A stretch of DNA of 62,092 bases, filler included. It is 3 parts of 3 records of this genome, joined end to end, with 100 filler letters (N's around TTAATTAATTAA, not from the genome) between each part and the next. Parts side by side here need not be neighbours in the genome. Positions count along the whole stretch, not along the records: positions 42,897 to 62,092 come from SRR20825010_3296; 2 more parts are not named here. The stretch is one strand, 5' to 3'. Below the pieces are notes generated by a model. It searched no databases and had not been told where the DNA came from. It saw nothing but the letters and a program-made list of their open reading frames with translations. Below are positions 49,612-59,668 of the stretch, in pieces. Within the stretch, counting starts at the first letter, position 1. The number at the start of each line of letters is the position of its first letter. Both the position numbers and the translations under genes were made by a program.

Positions 49612-50091
49612 TCAGTGATGCCCACCCGGCCCATGCGCGTGGCCGTGCGCTATCTCTTCCGCATCGGCGGCACGTACTTCGATCACTTCGATATCGAAGG
49701 TCAGGGTTTTACCGGCCATCGGGTGGTTGGTGTCGACATCGGCAAATTTGAGGCCGACCTTGGCAACGACCACATGGCGCGGGCCCTGCTCGGTTTGCAC
49801 TTGGGCGATCATGCCCCGCTTCCAGCGTTTGGCACCCATCAAATGCTTGACCGGCACGCGCTGCACGGCATCGGCCTTGCGCGGGCCGTAGGCTTTTTCC
49901 GGAGTGACGGTAACGCTGAACGTATCGCCGGCTTCGCGACCTTCCAGAGCTTCTTCCAGACCCTGGATAACGCCGCCGTGGCCATGCAGATACGCGTTCG
50001 GCTGACCGCCACGGGAATTTTCAACTTCGTTGCCCTGTTCATCACGGACACTGTAGTGAAACAGGACCACCTGATTCTTTTCGATTGGCAT
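49612..50091 (-). CDS. slyD: FKBP-type peptidyl-prolyl isomerase SlyD
   Basis: YLHGHG...GLEEALEG, PEKAYG, DTNHPMAGKTLTF, short His-rich tail. Confidence 0.93.
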   Translation of the reverse strand: MPIEKNQVVLFHYSVRDEQGNEVENSRGGQPNAYLHGHGGVIQGLEEALEGREAGDTFSVTVTPEKAYGPRKADAVQRVPVKHLMGAKRWKRGMIAQVQTEQGPRHVVVAKVGLKFADVDTNHPMAGKTLTFDIEVIEVRAADAEEIAHGHAHGPGGHH

Positions 50092-50307
50092 AGGATAGGT
50101 TCTCTTCGACGGTTCAATGTACGCCATTATACCCAGTGGCGGCACTGACTTCAGTGAAGGCAAATCAGACCTGCCTCGGTTCACTTCCATCTGATAACAG
50201 GTCGCGGAACTTTTTTCAGCAAGCTATGATCAGGTAACAACACTCTCCGTTAATTCGAAATCTGACCCACACTCTGATTTTCCTCCAACAGCAGATGAGG
50301 TTCATGA

Positions 50308-52719
50308 ATGGTAGGCGCCAACTTGGGAGTAAAGTATCAGGAGCTCAGACAGCAGTATGCTCAAAACCTTCCAAGCCGCGCAAAGGAACTGAGAGCTTCC
50401 TGGAGCCATTTGCAACATGTCAATTGGGACAAGAAAACACTGTTGCTCATGGATCGGTGCGCCCACAAGCTGTCGGGCAGCGGAACTACGTTCCAGTTTT
50501 CTGCCATCAGCGAAAGTGCACAGGTCCTCGAGAGCCAGTTGCAGCACGTGCTGAATAAACCGGTAGCAACTCCCATAGAACGTGACCAGATTGAAGCCTC
50601 GCTCCAGGCTCTGGAGCGGGCCATTGACCAGGCTATCAATACCGCCACCCAGAACGAAACGGCCCCGGCGGCTGTGACTGTCATAAACCATCACCGAATC
50701 GCCGTCATCGAGGACGATCGCAACCAGGCGGTTTTTCTGCAGGGTTGGTTGGAACAACGGGGCTTTGATGTTGACACGTTCGACACGCCAAACGCCTTTA
50801 GCCAACAAACAAACGACTACTACCACTTGATTCTTCTGGACATCAGCTTCCCCGACGGCGCTTTGGAGGGAATAACGCTTCTTGACCGCCTCAAGCACCA
50901 GGTGGATGCCTGTAGCCCGGTGATCATGATGTCAGCCCGAAATGACATCGTCGCACGTATGCGGGCTATGCGGGCCGGCGCGGATGGCTACATCACCAAA
51001 CCCCTGGATATGGACGCGCTGGAGAAGCGGATCGATCAGCTACTCAGCACCAGTGTCAGGCAAAGGGTACTTTGGGTGGATGACGACAGCGACCTGCTCG
51101 CCTACTATCAAGACTTACTGTTCAATCAAGGTTACGAAGTAGAAGGCCTTTCCCAGCCCGCGAGAATTCTCGAGCGCATCGAACAGTTCCAACCTGACGC
51201 CATCGTGCTGGACCACGAAATGCCGGGAGTTCAAGGTCTGGAACTTGCCCGCGCGCTGCGCCAGGACCCAAGATATCTCACCATCCCCATCCTGTTTGTG
51301 TCAGCGTCGCAGGCAGTGGCCGACCACCTCGAGACGAACAGCATGGCGGGCAATGAGTTCTTCCAGAAACCACTCGACAATCAACGATTCTTGGCGGCGC
51401 TGCATCATCACCTGGCACAGGCTCAACGCATCTCGGCGCGCATCAACCTGGTCAGTCAACGCAAAGAACGTCAGGGCTTGCAGAACCATGACTTTTTTCT
51501 GACCGAACTGGCCTCCTCCCTCGCTTATCTTGAGGCCTCGCCTAACAACCAGGCGCGGTTTCTGGTCCAGGTGGGAATCGACCGCGAGGAGTACCTGCGC
51601 GCACAGCATGGCGCACGCGCACTGGCCAGTTTAACTGCCCGCATGGAGCACCACTTCGCGGACCAATTGGGTGCCAGGGATTCCGGCTGTCGCCTGGGCG
51701 GCGGCAGCTTCCTGTTTCAAATAACCGCGCCTGTAGCCGAGGACGCAAGTGCCTATCTGGACCAGTTTCACCAACGCCTGAACAGCCCGGCATGGTCCCT
51801 GGGTGAACCGCCGAATTCCGTTACCGTCAGTATGGGCGTATTGCCTCTTACAGAAGCGGTGAATGAAGACAAGGCCCTGATGGAAGTCGAGCAGGCTTGT
51901 TGTGAGGCCATGCAGGCGGACAACGCTCGGGTGGTCTGGCGGCGGGCGCCGGAGCGTTCCGATCATAGCAAACTGGATGATCGCATTCGGGAACTGCTAG
52001 ATGCCCAGGCCTTCAAACTGCACTACCAGCCGATCGTGAATATGAACTCCGGAGATACTGTCTTTGAAGCCCTGGTACGGCTAGTGGATGAAGACGATGC
52101 CTTGTATCTGCCCGGCCAGTTCTTGCCACAGCTGACAGAGGGAAATCATGGCACCTTGCATGATCTCGATCGTTGGGTCGTGGAGCACGCGCTTGAGGGA
52201 CTCTCAGAGCTTTCGGGAAAAGCCGCAGCGGGTTACTCCGTGGCGATCAAACTCGCGTCCCCCATGGCGGATGTAGCCAGAATGATGCCCTTTCTCAGCA
52301 GCGGTATGCGCAACGCGAGCATCAAAGGCAAACGCCGCATTTACCTCGCATTGTCCAGCCCAACCGTGATCAAAGACGTCGCAAAGGCCAAGCAGGTATT
52401 AAACGTGCTGCACGGCATGAACTGTGGTCTTATCATCGAGCACGTTGAGACCGGCCCGGCATCGATTGAACTGCTGAAAGAGTTGCCGACCGTGGAATTC
52501 GTGAAGCTGGCTCCAAAGTATGGCACCAGCGCCGAGCAGACGGCTGAACTGGAAAACATGCTTCGCCAGCTTACCGGGGTCTTCGGGTCGAGCCAGCCAA
52601 TCGTAGCCACCCGGGTCGAAGACGCCAAGGCTCTGACGTGGTTCTGGGACCGTGGCATCCGCCATTTTCAGGGGCACTTCATCCAGGCGCCGGAAGTGGC
52701 CATGACCTTCGAGCTCTGA
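50308..52719 (+). CDS. Hpt-REC-REC-degenerate GGDEF-degenerate EAL signalling protein
   Basis: AHKLSGSG (Hpt); IEDD..LLD..TKP and VDDD..VLD..QKP (REC); GGGSF; FEALVRL but IEHVETG in place of DDFGTG. Confidence 0.85.
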   Translation: MVGANLGVKYQELRQQYAQNLPSRAKELRASWSHLQHVNWDKKTLLLMDRCAHKLSGSGTTFQFSAISESAQVLESQLQHVLNKPVATPIERDQIEASLQALERAIDQAINTATQNETAPAAVTVINHHRIAVIEDDRNQAVFLQGWLEQRGFDVDTFDTPNAFSQQTNDYYHLILLDISFPDGALEGITLLDRLKHQVDACSPVIMMSARNDIVARMRAMRAGADGYITKPLDMDALEKRIDQLLSTSVRQRVLWVDDDSDLLAYYQDLLFNQGYEVEGLSQPARILERIEQFQPDAIVLDHEMPGVQGLELARALRQDPRYLTIPILFVSASQAVADHLETNSMAGNEFFQKPLDNQRFLAALHHHLAQAQRISARINLVSQRKERQGLQNHDFFLTELASSLAYLEASPNNQARFLVQVGIDREEYLRAQHGARALASLTARMEHHFADQLGARDSGCRLGGGSFLFQITAPVAEDASAYLDQFHQRLNSPAWSLGEPPNSVTVSMGVLPLTEAVNEDKALMEVEQACCEAMQADNARVVWRRAPERSDHSKLDDRIRELLDAQAFKLHYQPIVNMNSGDTVFEALVRLVDEDDALYLPGQFLPQLTEGNHGTLHDLDRWVVEHALEGLSELSGKAAAGYSVAIKLASPMADVARMMPFLSSGMRNASIKGKRRIYLALSSPTVIKDVAKAKQVLNVLHGMNCGLIIEHVETGPASIELLKELPTVEFVKLAPKYGTSAEQTAELENMLRQLTGVFGSSQPIVATRVEDAKALTWFWDRGIRHFQGHFIQAPEVAMTFEL

Positions 52720-52729
52720 GCATCACGAC

Positions 52730-52823
52730 CTCGTGCGCGCAACCAGGCGCTAACGCCCCCCGGTTCGGCAGCGTGCACTTCAATCAATTCGATATAGAAG
52801 GTCAGGGCTTTACTGGCCATCGG
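52730..52823 (-). pseudogene. Degenerate second copy of the slyD 3' end
   Basis: PMASKALTFYIELIEVHAAE vs slyD PMAGKTLTFDIEVIEVRAAD; then a 1-nt frameshift. Confidence 0.75.
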
Positions 52824-52825
52824 TT

Positions 52826-54616
52826 TTACACCTCATTCGCCTTACGATAGCTACCCCGATAATCAAAAATCCGCTCCTGCACCTGCCAATAATGCTTCTG
52901 CTTGCGGGCAACAACAAAATCCGGCGCTGGCAACAAGGCCTGGCTCTCAAGTACTTCCTCCGCCTTGCTGAATGTTTTCGGCGCTCGGCCATTCGCGAAA
53001 CGCCGCCCGAACAGCTTATTGAAAACGGTGCGCTGGCCAGGCTTGCTGAAATCAAACGACTCCCTGAGTTCCTCCCCGTCCTCGCCGTGATAGGTCACTC
53101 TCAGCTTGTTTCCATCAACACTGAGTGCAATTCCAGCGCAACGGATCACCATGGCATCCTTGAGCTTCAGCGCATCTCTCAGCTGATCATCCGGGTCGAT
53201 AATGGCTTTCTGGCATCGGTGACAGTTGCGGGCGGCAATATCGTTCTCGCCACCGCAGTGGGGACACTCCTTGAAGCGAAAACGGTAATCACACTGCTCA
53301 AGGCGACCTTTCTGCGAAGCAGGCTCGTCTACGTCCACAGGCTCCAGAAGCCCCTGACAACGGCGCCCGTAGTGCTCGATCACACGGCCTTCACTGTCTG
53401 TTTTGCCCCAGAAGATATTGGCAAAGCCACAGCCCGGGCAAAACACCTGCACCGGCTCACTGTCCGGGTTCGGTTTCGGTTCGCCCACCTCCGGATGATG
53501 CAGATTCACGTGGTTGCCCGCGTAATCAATCACCAGGCAATCCTGCTTGCCCTCGTCAAGGCGAAGACCTCGGCCCACGATCTGCTGATACAGGCTGACC
53601 GACTGGGTAGGCCGAAGAATGGCAATAACGTCCACATGGGGCGCATCAAAGCCCGTGGTGAGCACGGATACGTTCACCAAGTACTTCAACTGCCGCTGTT
53701 TGAATCGTTGAATCAGCATGTCCCGATCTTTCTGATCGGTCGCGCCAGTTACCAAAGCGGTCTCATATTCAGGAAGATAACCGGTGATCTCCCTCGCATG
53801 CTCCACCGTGGCCGCAAAGATCATCACTCCCTGGCGCTCAGCGGCCAGTTCCATCACCTGCTCAATGATCGCGCGGGTCACACGCTTGTGTTTGCTCAGC
53901 AGCTGGTTGACGTCCTTCTCGGCATACTCGCCAAAGCGGTCCCGAGCCAGCGCGGAGAAATCGTATTGCGCCACTGCCGCATTCACCAACTCGGGCCGGG
54001 TGAGATACCCCCGATTGATCATATAGCTCAACGGCAGTTCGTAAATGCAGTGCTGAAAGGGCTTGTCCTGCTCGTCAACAGAGCCACGAACAAAGCCCCG
54101 GTAGTGATAACGATAGATCCAGCCCATGGCCAGACGGTAGGGCGTAGCGGTCAGCCCGAGCACTTTGAGGGCGTCATTCTGTTGCCGTAGCAACTCAATG
54201 ATGCGTTGATACTGACTGGTTTCATCGCCGCTGACCCGATGACACTCATCGATGATGACCAGCGAGTATTCATCCCGGAACTGATCCAGATTCGCCGATA
54301 CCGACTGCACACTGGCAAACGTCACCTGATGGTGGCTTTCCTTGCGCTTCAGCCCGGCGGAGAAGATGCCGCCGGCCAACCCATAACTCTGGTATTTGGC
54401 GTGATTTTGCTCCACAAGCTCTTTGACGTGGGTCAGCACCAGAATCTTGCGCCGGGCAAGACGGGCCAGCTCGGCAATGACCAGGCTTTTGCCGGCGCCG
54501 GTTGGCAGCACGATGACGGCAGACTCATCGGATCTGCGGAAATGATTCAGCGTGGCGTCGACGGCTTCCCGTTGGTACGGGCGGAGTTTGAAAGGGGCTC
54601 CTGAATACGCAGGCAT
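52826..54616 (-). CDS. radD: RadD/YejH-like SF2 helicase with C-terminal Zn motifs
   Basis: [51 protein letters not shown]. Confidence 0.9.
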   Translation of the reverse strand: MPAYSGAPFKLRPYQREAVDATLNHFRRSDESAVIVLPTGAGKSLVIAELARLARRKILVLTHVKELVEQNHAKYQSYGLAGGIFSAGLKRKESHHQVTFASVQSVSANLDQFRDEYSLVIIDECHRVSGDETSQYQRIIELLRQQNDALKVLGLTATPYRLAMGWIYRYHYRGFVRGSVDEQDKPFQHCIYELPLSYMINRGYLTRPELVNAAVAQYDFSALARDRFGEYAEKDVNQLLSKHKRVTRAIIEQVMELAAERQGVMIFAATVEHAREITGYLPEYETALVTGATDQKDRDMLIQRFKQRQLKYLVNVSVLTTGFDAPHVDVIAILRPTQSVSLYQQIVGRGLRLDEGKQDCLVIDYAGNHVNLHHPEVGEPKPNPDSEPVQVFCPGCGFANIFWGKTDSEGRVIEHYGRRCQGLLEPVDVDEPASQKGRLEQCDYRFRFKECPHCGGENDIAARNCHRCQKAIIDPDDQLRDALKLKDAMVIRCAGIALSVDGNKLRVTYHGEDGEELRESFDFSKPGQRTVFNKLFGRRFANGRAPKTFSKAEEVLESQALLPAPDFVVARKQKHYWQVQERIFDYRGSYRKANEV

Positions 54617-54617
54617 A

Positions 54618-54809
54618 CTAGAAAAACAGTACCGGAGATAGTGCTTCTCTGATCTCAACAAAAGCAGGCGATAGCATAAGCCTCACTCCTTAATTGCGAC
54701 GGTATTTGTCAGTAAGCCGGTCGTATTCGGCGTGGCTGCAAATGTGTTTTACGTACATGCGATTATCACGAAATTCAATGAAGGCAATCAGCCTTAAATT
54801 GAAAGCCAT
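54618..54809 (-). pseudogene. Remnant of a higB-higA toxin-antitoxin pair
   Basis: 54800-54690 encodes NLRLIAFIEFRDNRMYVKHICSHAEYDRLTDKYRRN* (HigB C-terminus pattern); then GGAG + 19-codon [17 protein letters not shown]... at 54677-54618. Confidence 0.7.
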
Positions 54810-55018
54810 AACAACAAGCCGGCAACCACGACAAAAAGCACGGCAACATGAACAGCCAGGTTCTTCCGAGTCGTTGGAGCGGGCTTTCTGGCGAAACGAA
54901 AATAGTCGTCACCAAACAGCCCAACGCCGCAGCCCTCACAGTAGTTTTTTGAGTACGAAAGCCTCAGCTCGGATGGCTCAAACTTTTTCCGACAGCTGTA
55001 GCAACTCGGCTTGATCAT
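54794..55018 (-). CDS. Small CxxC...CxxC protein with C-terminal TM helix
   Basis: MIKPSCYSC...YCEGC...hydrophobic tail; ATGA overlap with the upstream gene. Confidence 0.55.
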   Translation of the reverse strand: MIKPSCYSCRKKFEPSELRLSYSKNYCEGCGVGLFGDDYFRFARKPAPTTRKNLAVHVAVLFVVVAGLLLWLSI

Positions 55019-55503
55019 TCCGGGCTCCGGGCAGAGCCGTGTTCGGTCAACAATCGGCAACTCCCCACCGCCTGCGCCTGCAGATACTCACAAAACGCCG
55101 TCACATCGGAATTTGTGAACTCACTGGAAATGAACTCACCCGGAATCAGCCCTTCATCCCATCGAGACGTCACCAAAGTATGGGGATACGCCACATCGTC
55201 GCCGGGATAAATCTGCACCACCGCTTGGGTCTGGTGAATATATAGATCGCGAAGTTCTTTGGCACACCGAAGCGTACTCAGATCATGCCTGGCATCACAC
55301 TCATAGTCCTTCCCGATGAAGAACTCACTGGCAACGGAAAACAGCGTGTTTTCATCCAGAGCAGACGACGGCGCCGGATGAATGGTTCTGGCGACATCGC
55401 CGGCCATGTTGGTACAGCCGGCGATTAACAACAGCAATGGAATCACCAACACCTGAATCTTATTCACAACAGCGCCTGACCACTTAATTTTTTCGATTGG
55501 CAT
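55015..55503 (-). CDS. Hypothetical lipoprotein (start uncertain)
   Basis: Lipobox LIAGC after a hydrophobic stretch. Confidence 0.65.
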   Translation of the reverse strand: MPIEKIKWSGAVVNKIQVLVIPLLLLIAGCTNMAGDVARTIHPAPSSALDENTLFSVASEFFIGKDYECDARHDLSTLRCAKELRDLYIHQTQAVVQIYPGDDVAYPHTLVTSRWDEGLIPGEFISSEFTNSDVTAFCEYLQAQAVGSCRLLTEHGSARSPE

Positions 55504-55713
55504 AACGTTTTCTGCAACGGTTTGAGGTAGGCCATTATAGCCAGCAGCGGCACTGACTCCAGAAGCCAGCGATCGGAACACCTCGGCTCAACCTGGTGAA
55601 CAGGAGAGTATGCCGCCCTCTCCAGAGAGAGCCAGGTCTATCGCGGCCATCCACCTTATGCAACAATGATATAACAATATTCTATTTAGATAACATTGTA
55701 AGGAAACAGAACG

Positions 55714-56274
55714 ATGAAAAGGATTTTGGCATGCACCTTTATTTCGGCATTAATGGTCGGTTGCGGAGGCGGCGGAAGTGGGAGCGATCTGGAAAAAACC
55801 AACGAAAATACCACTCCCGGTTCAGGTTCGTCTGACGGGAACGACGATAGCGACCCCGTGACGCCACCCGATCAAGTCACGGTACTCGAGGGCACCTGGA
55901 AGAAACCATGCGGGCACGTGGAGGGCGAAGCACACTACGATATCGTAACGGTCTCTTTCACCCGCAGCGCATTTGCCACAAGTATCGAGAACTACATCGA
56001 TAGCGCTTGCACCACCCCGTTACCGGAAGCTCCAAATCCTACCTCATCAGGCAACTTCACACTGGGTGAAGACGTTTTACTGAGTTCCGGCCTCACCGCT
56101 ACCGAACTCACGTCGCATGTGACTCAGTTCAATGGCGCCGACTTCGAGATCGACGAGTACAATGTCGTTTACATCAACAACAATATTCTCTACACAGGAG
56201 AAGGCACAACCAGTTCGCCAGACCAGCGGCCAACCAGTCTCGATTATGATCGTCCATTCTATCGACTGAACTAG
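55714..56274 (+). CDS. Hypothetical lipoprotein
   Basis: MKR..LMVGCGGGGSG lipobox, then linker and beta-rich domain (LEGTWKKPC). Confidence 0.75.
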   Translation: MKRILACTFISALMVGCGGGGSGSDLEKTNENTTPGSGSSDGNDDSDPVTPPDQVTVLEGTWKKPCGHVEGEAHYDIVTVSFTRSAFATSIENYIDSACTTPLPEAPNPTSSGNFTLGEDVLLSSGLTATELTSHVTQFNGADFEIDEYNVVYINNNILYTGEGTTSSPDQRPTSLDYDRPFYRLN

Positions 56275-56467
56275 GTTATTTGCCCAGGGGCGGGAATGAC
56301 TCACCCTGCCCAGCCTGCCCAAGAGATTTTACGAAATTTTACTCCGGTTGCCGCTTCGGTACATAGCAAGCCCACCAACGCTCAGCTACCATGGCCCGCT
56401 GCTCTGAGCCCAGGCTCAATGGCAGGCAATACCCCAAAATAATCAAATAAGTAAGAAGGAACCTACC

Positions 56468-57019
56468 GTGCGAAACGCAAGGATTCTGGCGGTGCTAGCC
56501 GCTCTGCTCTACCTCACCGGCTGCGCCTCCGGCGCCAAAATGGGCAACATGGTGTACGACGGGCAAGTGAAGCCCTACGACGCGGCCCTGCAAAACAATG
56601 TGGATGTCACCAACGTGTCGGGCGGCGAAGAGACCAACCCCGCATGGACCTCCGAGATCGACAACAACGCATTCGCTGGTGCTCTGAAGCAAACCCTGCA
56701 GAAACAAGGTCTGCTAGCCGGTTCTGGCCGCTATCAGCTTGAAGCGCTCCTGCTGGAAGTTGACCAACCCGTCTTCGGGCTGGACTTCGAGGTAACCACC
56801 CACGTGAAGTACATCCTGACCGACCGTGAAAACAACGGCGCAGTCGTCTTGAATGAAACGATCACTGCCCCCTACACCGCCACCATTGGCGATGCCTTCG
56901 CTGCCATCAAGCGCCTGCGACTGGCCAACGAGGGATCCGGAAAAGCCAACATTCAGGGCCTGGTTGAGAAACTCTCTGAACTGCAAATCCAGCCCGGCAA
57001 CATCTCGCTGGCGCAATAA
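56468..57019 (+). CDS. Hypothetical lipoprotein
   Basis: LTGCAS lipobox; AAGGA RBS. Confidence 0.8.
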   Translation: MRNARILAVLAALLYLTGCASGAKMGNMVYDGQVKPYDAALQNNVDVTNVSGGEETNPAWTSEIDNNAFAGALKQTLQKQGLLAGSGRYQLEALLLEVDQPVFGLDFEVTTHVKYILTDRENNGAVVLNETITAPYTATIGDAFAAIKRLRLANEGSGKANIQGLVEKLSELQIQPGNISLAQ

Positions 57020-57385
57020 CTTTCCTGGAATTCAGCACTTCTACAATGCACTTTCTGGGCATCGACGCCACGCAGAAAGACACCACCGTCCGGGCACTGA
57101 ACCAGCTTGCCCTGGCGAACGAGAACGACCTTGAACTGGCTAAAACGATCATTGAGGTTTACGACGTTCAGTAAGGCGCCAAGAGCCACTTTCGAAACCG
57201 GGGCAGGCCTATTCTTCAAACCACGAAGATAGATCTGTCCCGGCTCTCTCGATTCAGAAAATTATACCTGCCTATATCACCGCCCCCACAAGCGTGCTAA
57301 AAATCTCCTCCCAGCGATAGCCTGGGCATTCTCCTCGCCAGGTTCTCAGTCTGTCAGATAAATTATTCTTCAAAGGACGGTGACT

Positions 57386-57826
57386 ATGATTGTATGTGGA
57401 GTTGAACTGACGGGCAGCGATGCGGTGGTGTGTTTGCTGAATATGGACAGAGGGCAGTTCAATCTGCCGGAGTGCAAGGTGCGCAAACTGTCTCTGCCGA
57501 AAAACCATAGCCGTGAAGACCTAAAGCGGTTCCAGGCGGCCTTTGCGGAGTTAATGGCCGAGTACGGGATCACCCGTGTCGCGATCAAGGAGCGGATGCC
57601 GAAAGGCAAGTTTGCAGGCGGTGCCATCAGCTTCAAATTGGAAGCGGCCATTCAACTGATCACGGATACAGAGTTAACCGTGACCCTGCTACCACCGGCA
57701 CTAATCAAATCCACCCTGGCATCTAACCCGCTGCCGATTGCGTTTGCCGATACGGGTTTGAAGGTCTTTCAGGAAGCGGCCTTTATCACTGCTTATGTAG
57801 GACAGCTGCATCGTCATTGCACCTGA
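57386..57826 (+). CDS. DUF3010-like RNase H-fold hypothetical protein
   Basis: VCGVEL.G, IKER..KGKFAGG..SFKLEAAIQL, FQEAAF. Confidence 0.7.
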   Translation: MIVCGVELTGSDAVVCLLNMDRGQFNLPECKVRKLSLPKNHSREDLKRFQAAFAELMAEYGITRVAIKERMPKGKFAGGAISFKLEAAIQLITDTELTVTLLPPALIKSTLASNPLPIAFADTGLKVFQEAAFITAYVGQLHRHCT

Positions 57827-57885
57827 CAGTGTGCATCTGGCTGCAAAAGCGACCGTCCCTGGTCGCTTGCCAAAGTATCAACGAT

Positions 57886-59412
57886 TTATTTCACCAGATG
57901 AGATCCGCGATATTCCATATCGCTCTTGAACTTACCAAGGCCTTTACCTTTATCAGTGCCGTTAACCGCAGAGGTGGTCATGGCGAAGGTCATCACCGAA
58001 TGGGCGACAGCATCCGACATCTCGTCCAGCGCCTGCAGGCTTATATTATCGAAGGTGTCACAGGCAAGGTGGTAACAGGGGTCGTATTGATCCCCCGCTG
58101 TACCGCCATACAGAGCAGCTTCGTCCGGTGTCTTGATCCCTTCCGCGCCGGTGAAGAGCCCGCCCGCAGGAATGCCGACCTCGATAAACGGCCCGTAGTC
58201 GGAGCGGCCGTCGAATGCCGTGGGCTCAACCGGTAAGGACATCGCTGCGAAGTAATCCAGGAAGACACTTTCGATGTTCTTCGAACCGTTCGGGCCTGCC
58301 AGCGGGGTATCAGAGCCATCACCGTCGTAAACAAAGCGGACAAAATTCGGTGAACCTATCATGTCGAAATTCAGGTTCAGCGCAATGTCCTTGATGTCTC
58401 GCGGGCTCAACTGATCAACATAGTGTTGTGCACCCAGTAAGCCGGCTTCTTCCGCACCCCACCAGGCAAAGCGAACCTGATTTCTCGGGCTGATTTGCTG
58501 GTTTGCCATCTGAATCGCAATCTCCAGAATGGCCGCGGAGCCACTGCCGTTATCCTGGATACCGGGGCCTTCAGCGACGGAGTCAAGGTGGGCGCCCACA
58601 ACAACAACCCGGTCGTCCCGGCCTGCCGGCGAGTTGGCAATTACGTTTGAGGTGGTGCGGATTTCCGAGCTGGCGTCTACCACGAGATTCACTTCAACAC
58701 CGCCGCCGGCAAGCTCAATTCCGACCTCAAATGCGGCCCCCACCACTGGAACAGTAATACCGGGGCCACCGAGCGTTCCCAGAAAGTTATCTGTGCGCCC
58801 GGGCTGACCTTCATTGAAAATAATGACTCCGCTGGCACCGGCGCTTTCGGCATTCAGTGCCTTCTGGCCAAATGAACAGGAGCCCCTCTGGATCAGTGCG
58901 ATGTTGCCGGCAGTAAAACCGGCGAAATCCGTTGCTTCACAGCCACTGGTTGAGGTGTCGGCCGCCGTTCCGGGTGGTAATGCCAGGTCCACACCCTCGA
59001 CCACGGCCGTTACATTGCCACTGCCGGAATACGTCATGGTGGCAAAGCCGTCGAGGCCGAAATACGTGTAGACAGTCGGATTGGGGCTTATCTGCTCCAG
59101 AGTGGCGGGTACGTTTTCCTCAAAGAATGGATAGTCAAACTGTTGGATGGTTACGTCATACCCAACAGAGGTCATCTGGTCGACAACATAGTCCACCGAG
59201 GCCTGGTAGCCGGGCGATGAAGCTTCTCGGGTTCCTCCATTGTCGTCTGCTGCTGCCTGGAAGGCAGCCTGGTGACTGCGAACACCTTCAACAGTAACGG
59301 CTTCTCGAAGGGTATAGGTATCAACGCTGGTAGCGGCGAAGACAGGTAAGCCGGTCGCTGCTGCGACCACTGCAATGGCAAGAGGTGTACGATTAAACCT
59401 GATGTTTAACAT
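57886..59412 (-). CDS. Secreted M28 aminopeptidase with PA domain
   Basis: Signal peptide; IQRGSCSFGQKA (PA); GAHLDSV, DNGSGS, WGAEEAGLLG, NFDMIG, RSDY, CYH. Confidence 0.93.
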   Translation of the reverse strand: MLNIRFNRTPLAIAVVAAATGLPVFAATSVDTYTLREAVTVEGVRSHQAAFQAAADDNGGTREASSPGYQASVDYVVDQMTSVGYDVTIQQFDYPFFEENVPATLEQISPNPTVYTYFGLDGFATMTYSGSGNVTAVVEGVDLALPPGTAADTSTSGCEATDFAGFTAGNIALIQRGSCSFGQKALNAESAGASGVIIFNEGQPGRTDNFLGTLGGPGITVPVVGAAFEVGIELAGGGVEVNLVVDASSEIRTTSNVIANSPAGRDDRVVVVGAHLDSVAEGPGIQDNGSGSAAILEIAIQMANQQISPRNQVRFAWWGAEEAGLLGAQHYVDQLSPRDIKDIALNLNFDMIGSPNFVRFVYDGDGSDTPLAGPNGSKNIESVFLDYFAAMSLPVEPTAFDGRSDYGPFIEVGIPAGGLFTGAEGIKTPDEAALYGGTAGDQYDPCYHLACDTFDNISLQALDEMSDAVAHSVMTFAMTTSAVNGTDKGKGLGKFKSDMEYRGSHLVK

Positions 59413-59668
59413 TGTGTAGCTCCTTGCTGCGTTTTTTTATCTTTCCCTGGATACCCCTCGCGTCTCGTCGCAGAATCAGCTGCGACGAATCAAGCGTATC
59501 AGGTTTCTTCCGTTCCGCCAGTTTCAGCCATCAGGCTCAACTATCTTTCAGACAACACGCATAGGAAAAGCCGGACCTGACCCGCAAAATGATTTATGAG
59601 GACTAGGCCCCTGGACTTCCTCCAGCAGGTCGGCCTGACCGACAGACGGATCGCAGACCTTCCGGCCC

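Noticed and set aside
57050-57174. Short coding-like fragment FLGIDATQKD...EVYDVQ*
   Set aside because: No clear start or recognisable family; possibly a gene remnant but unsupported.
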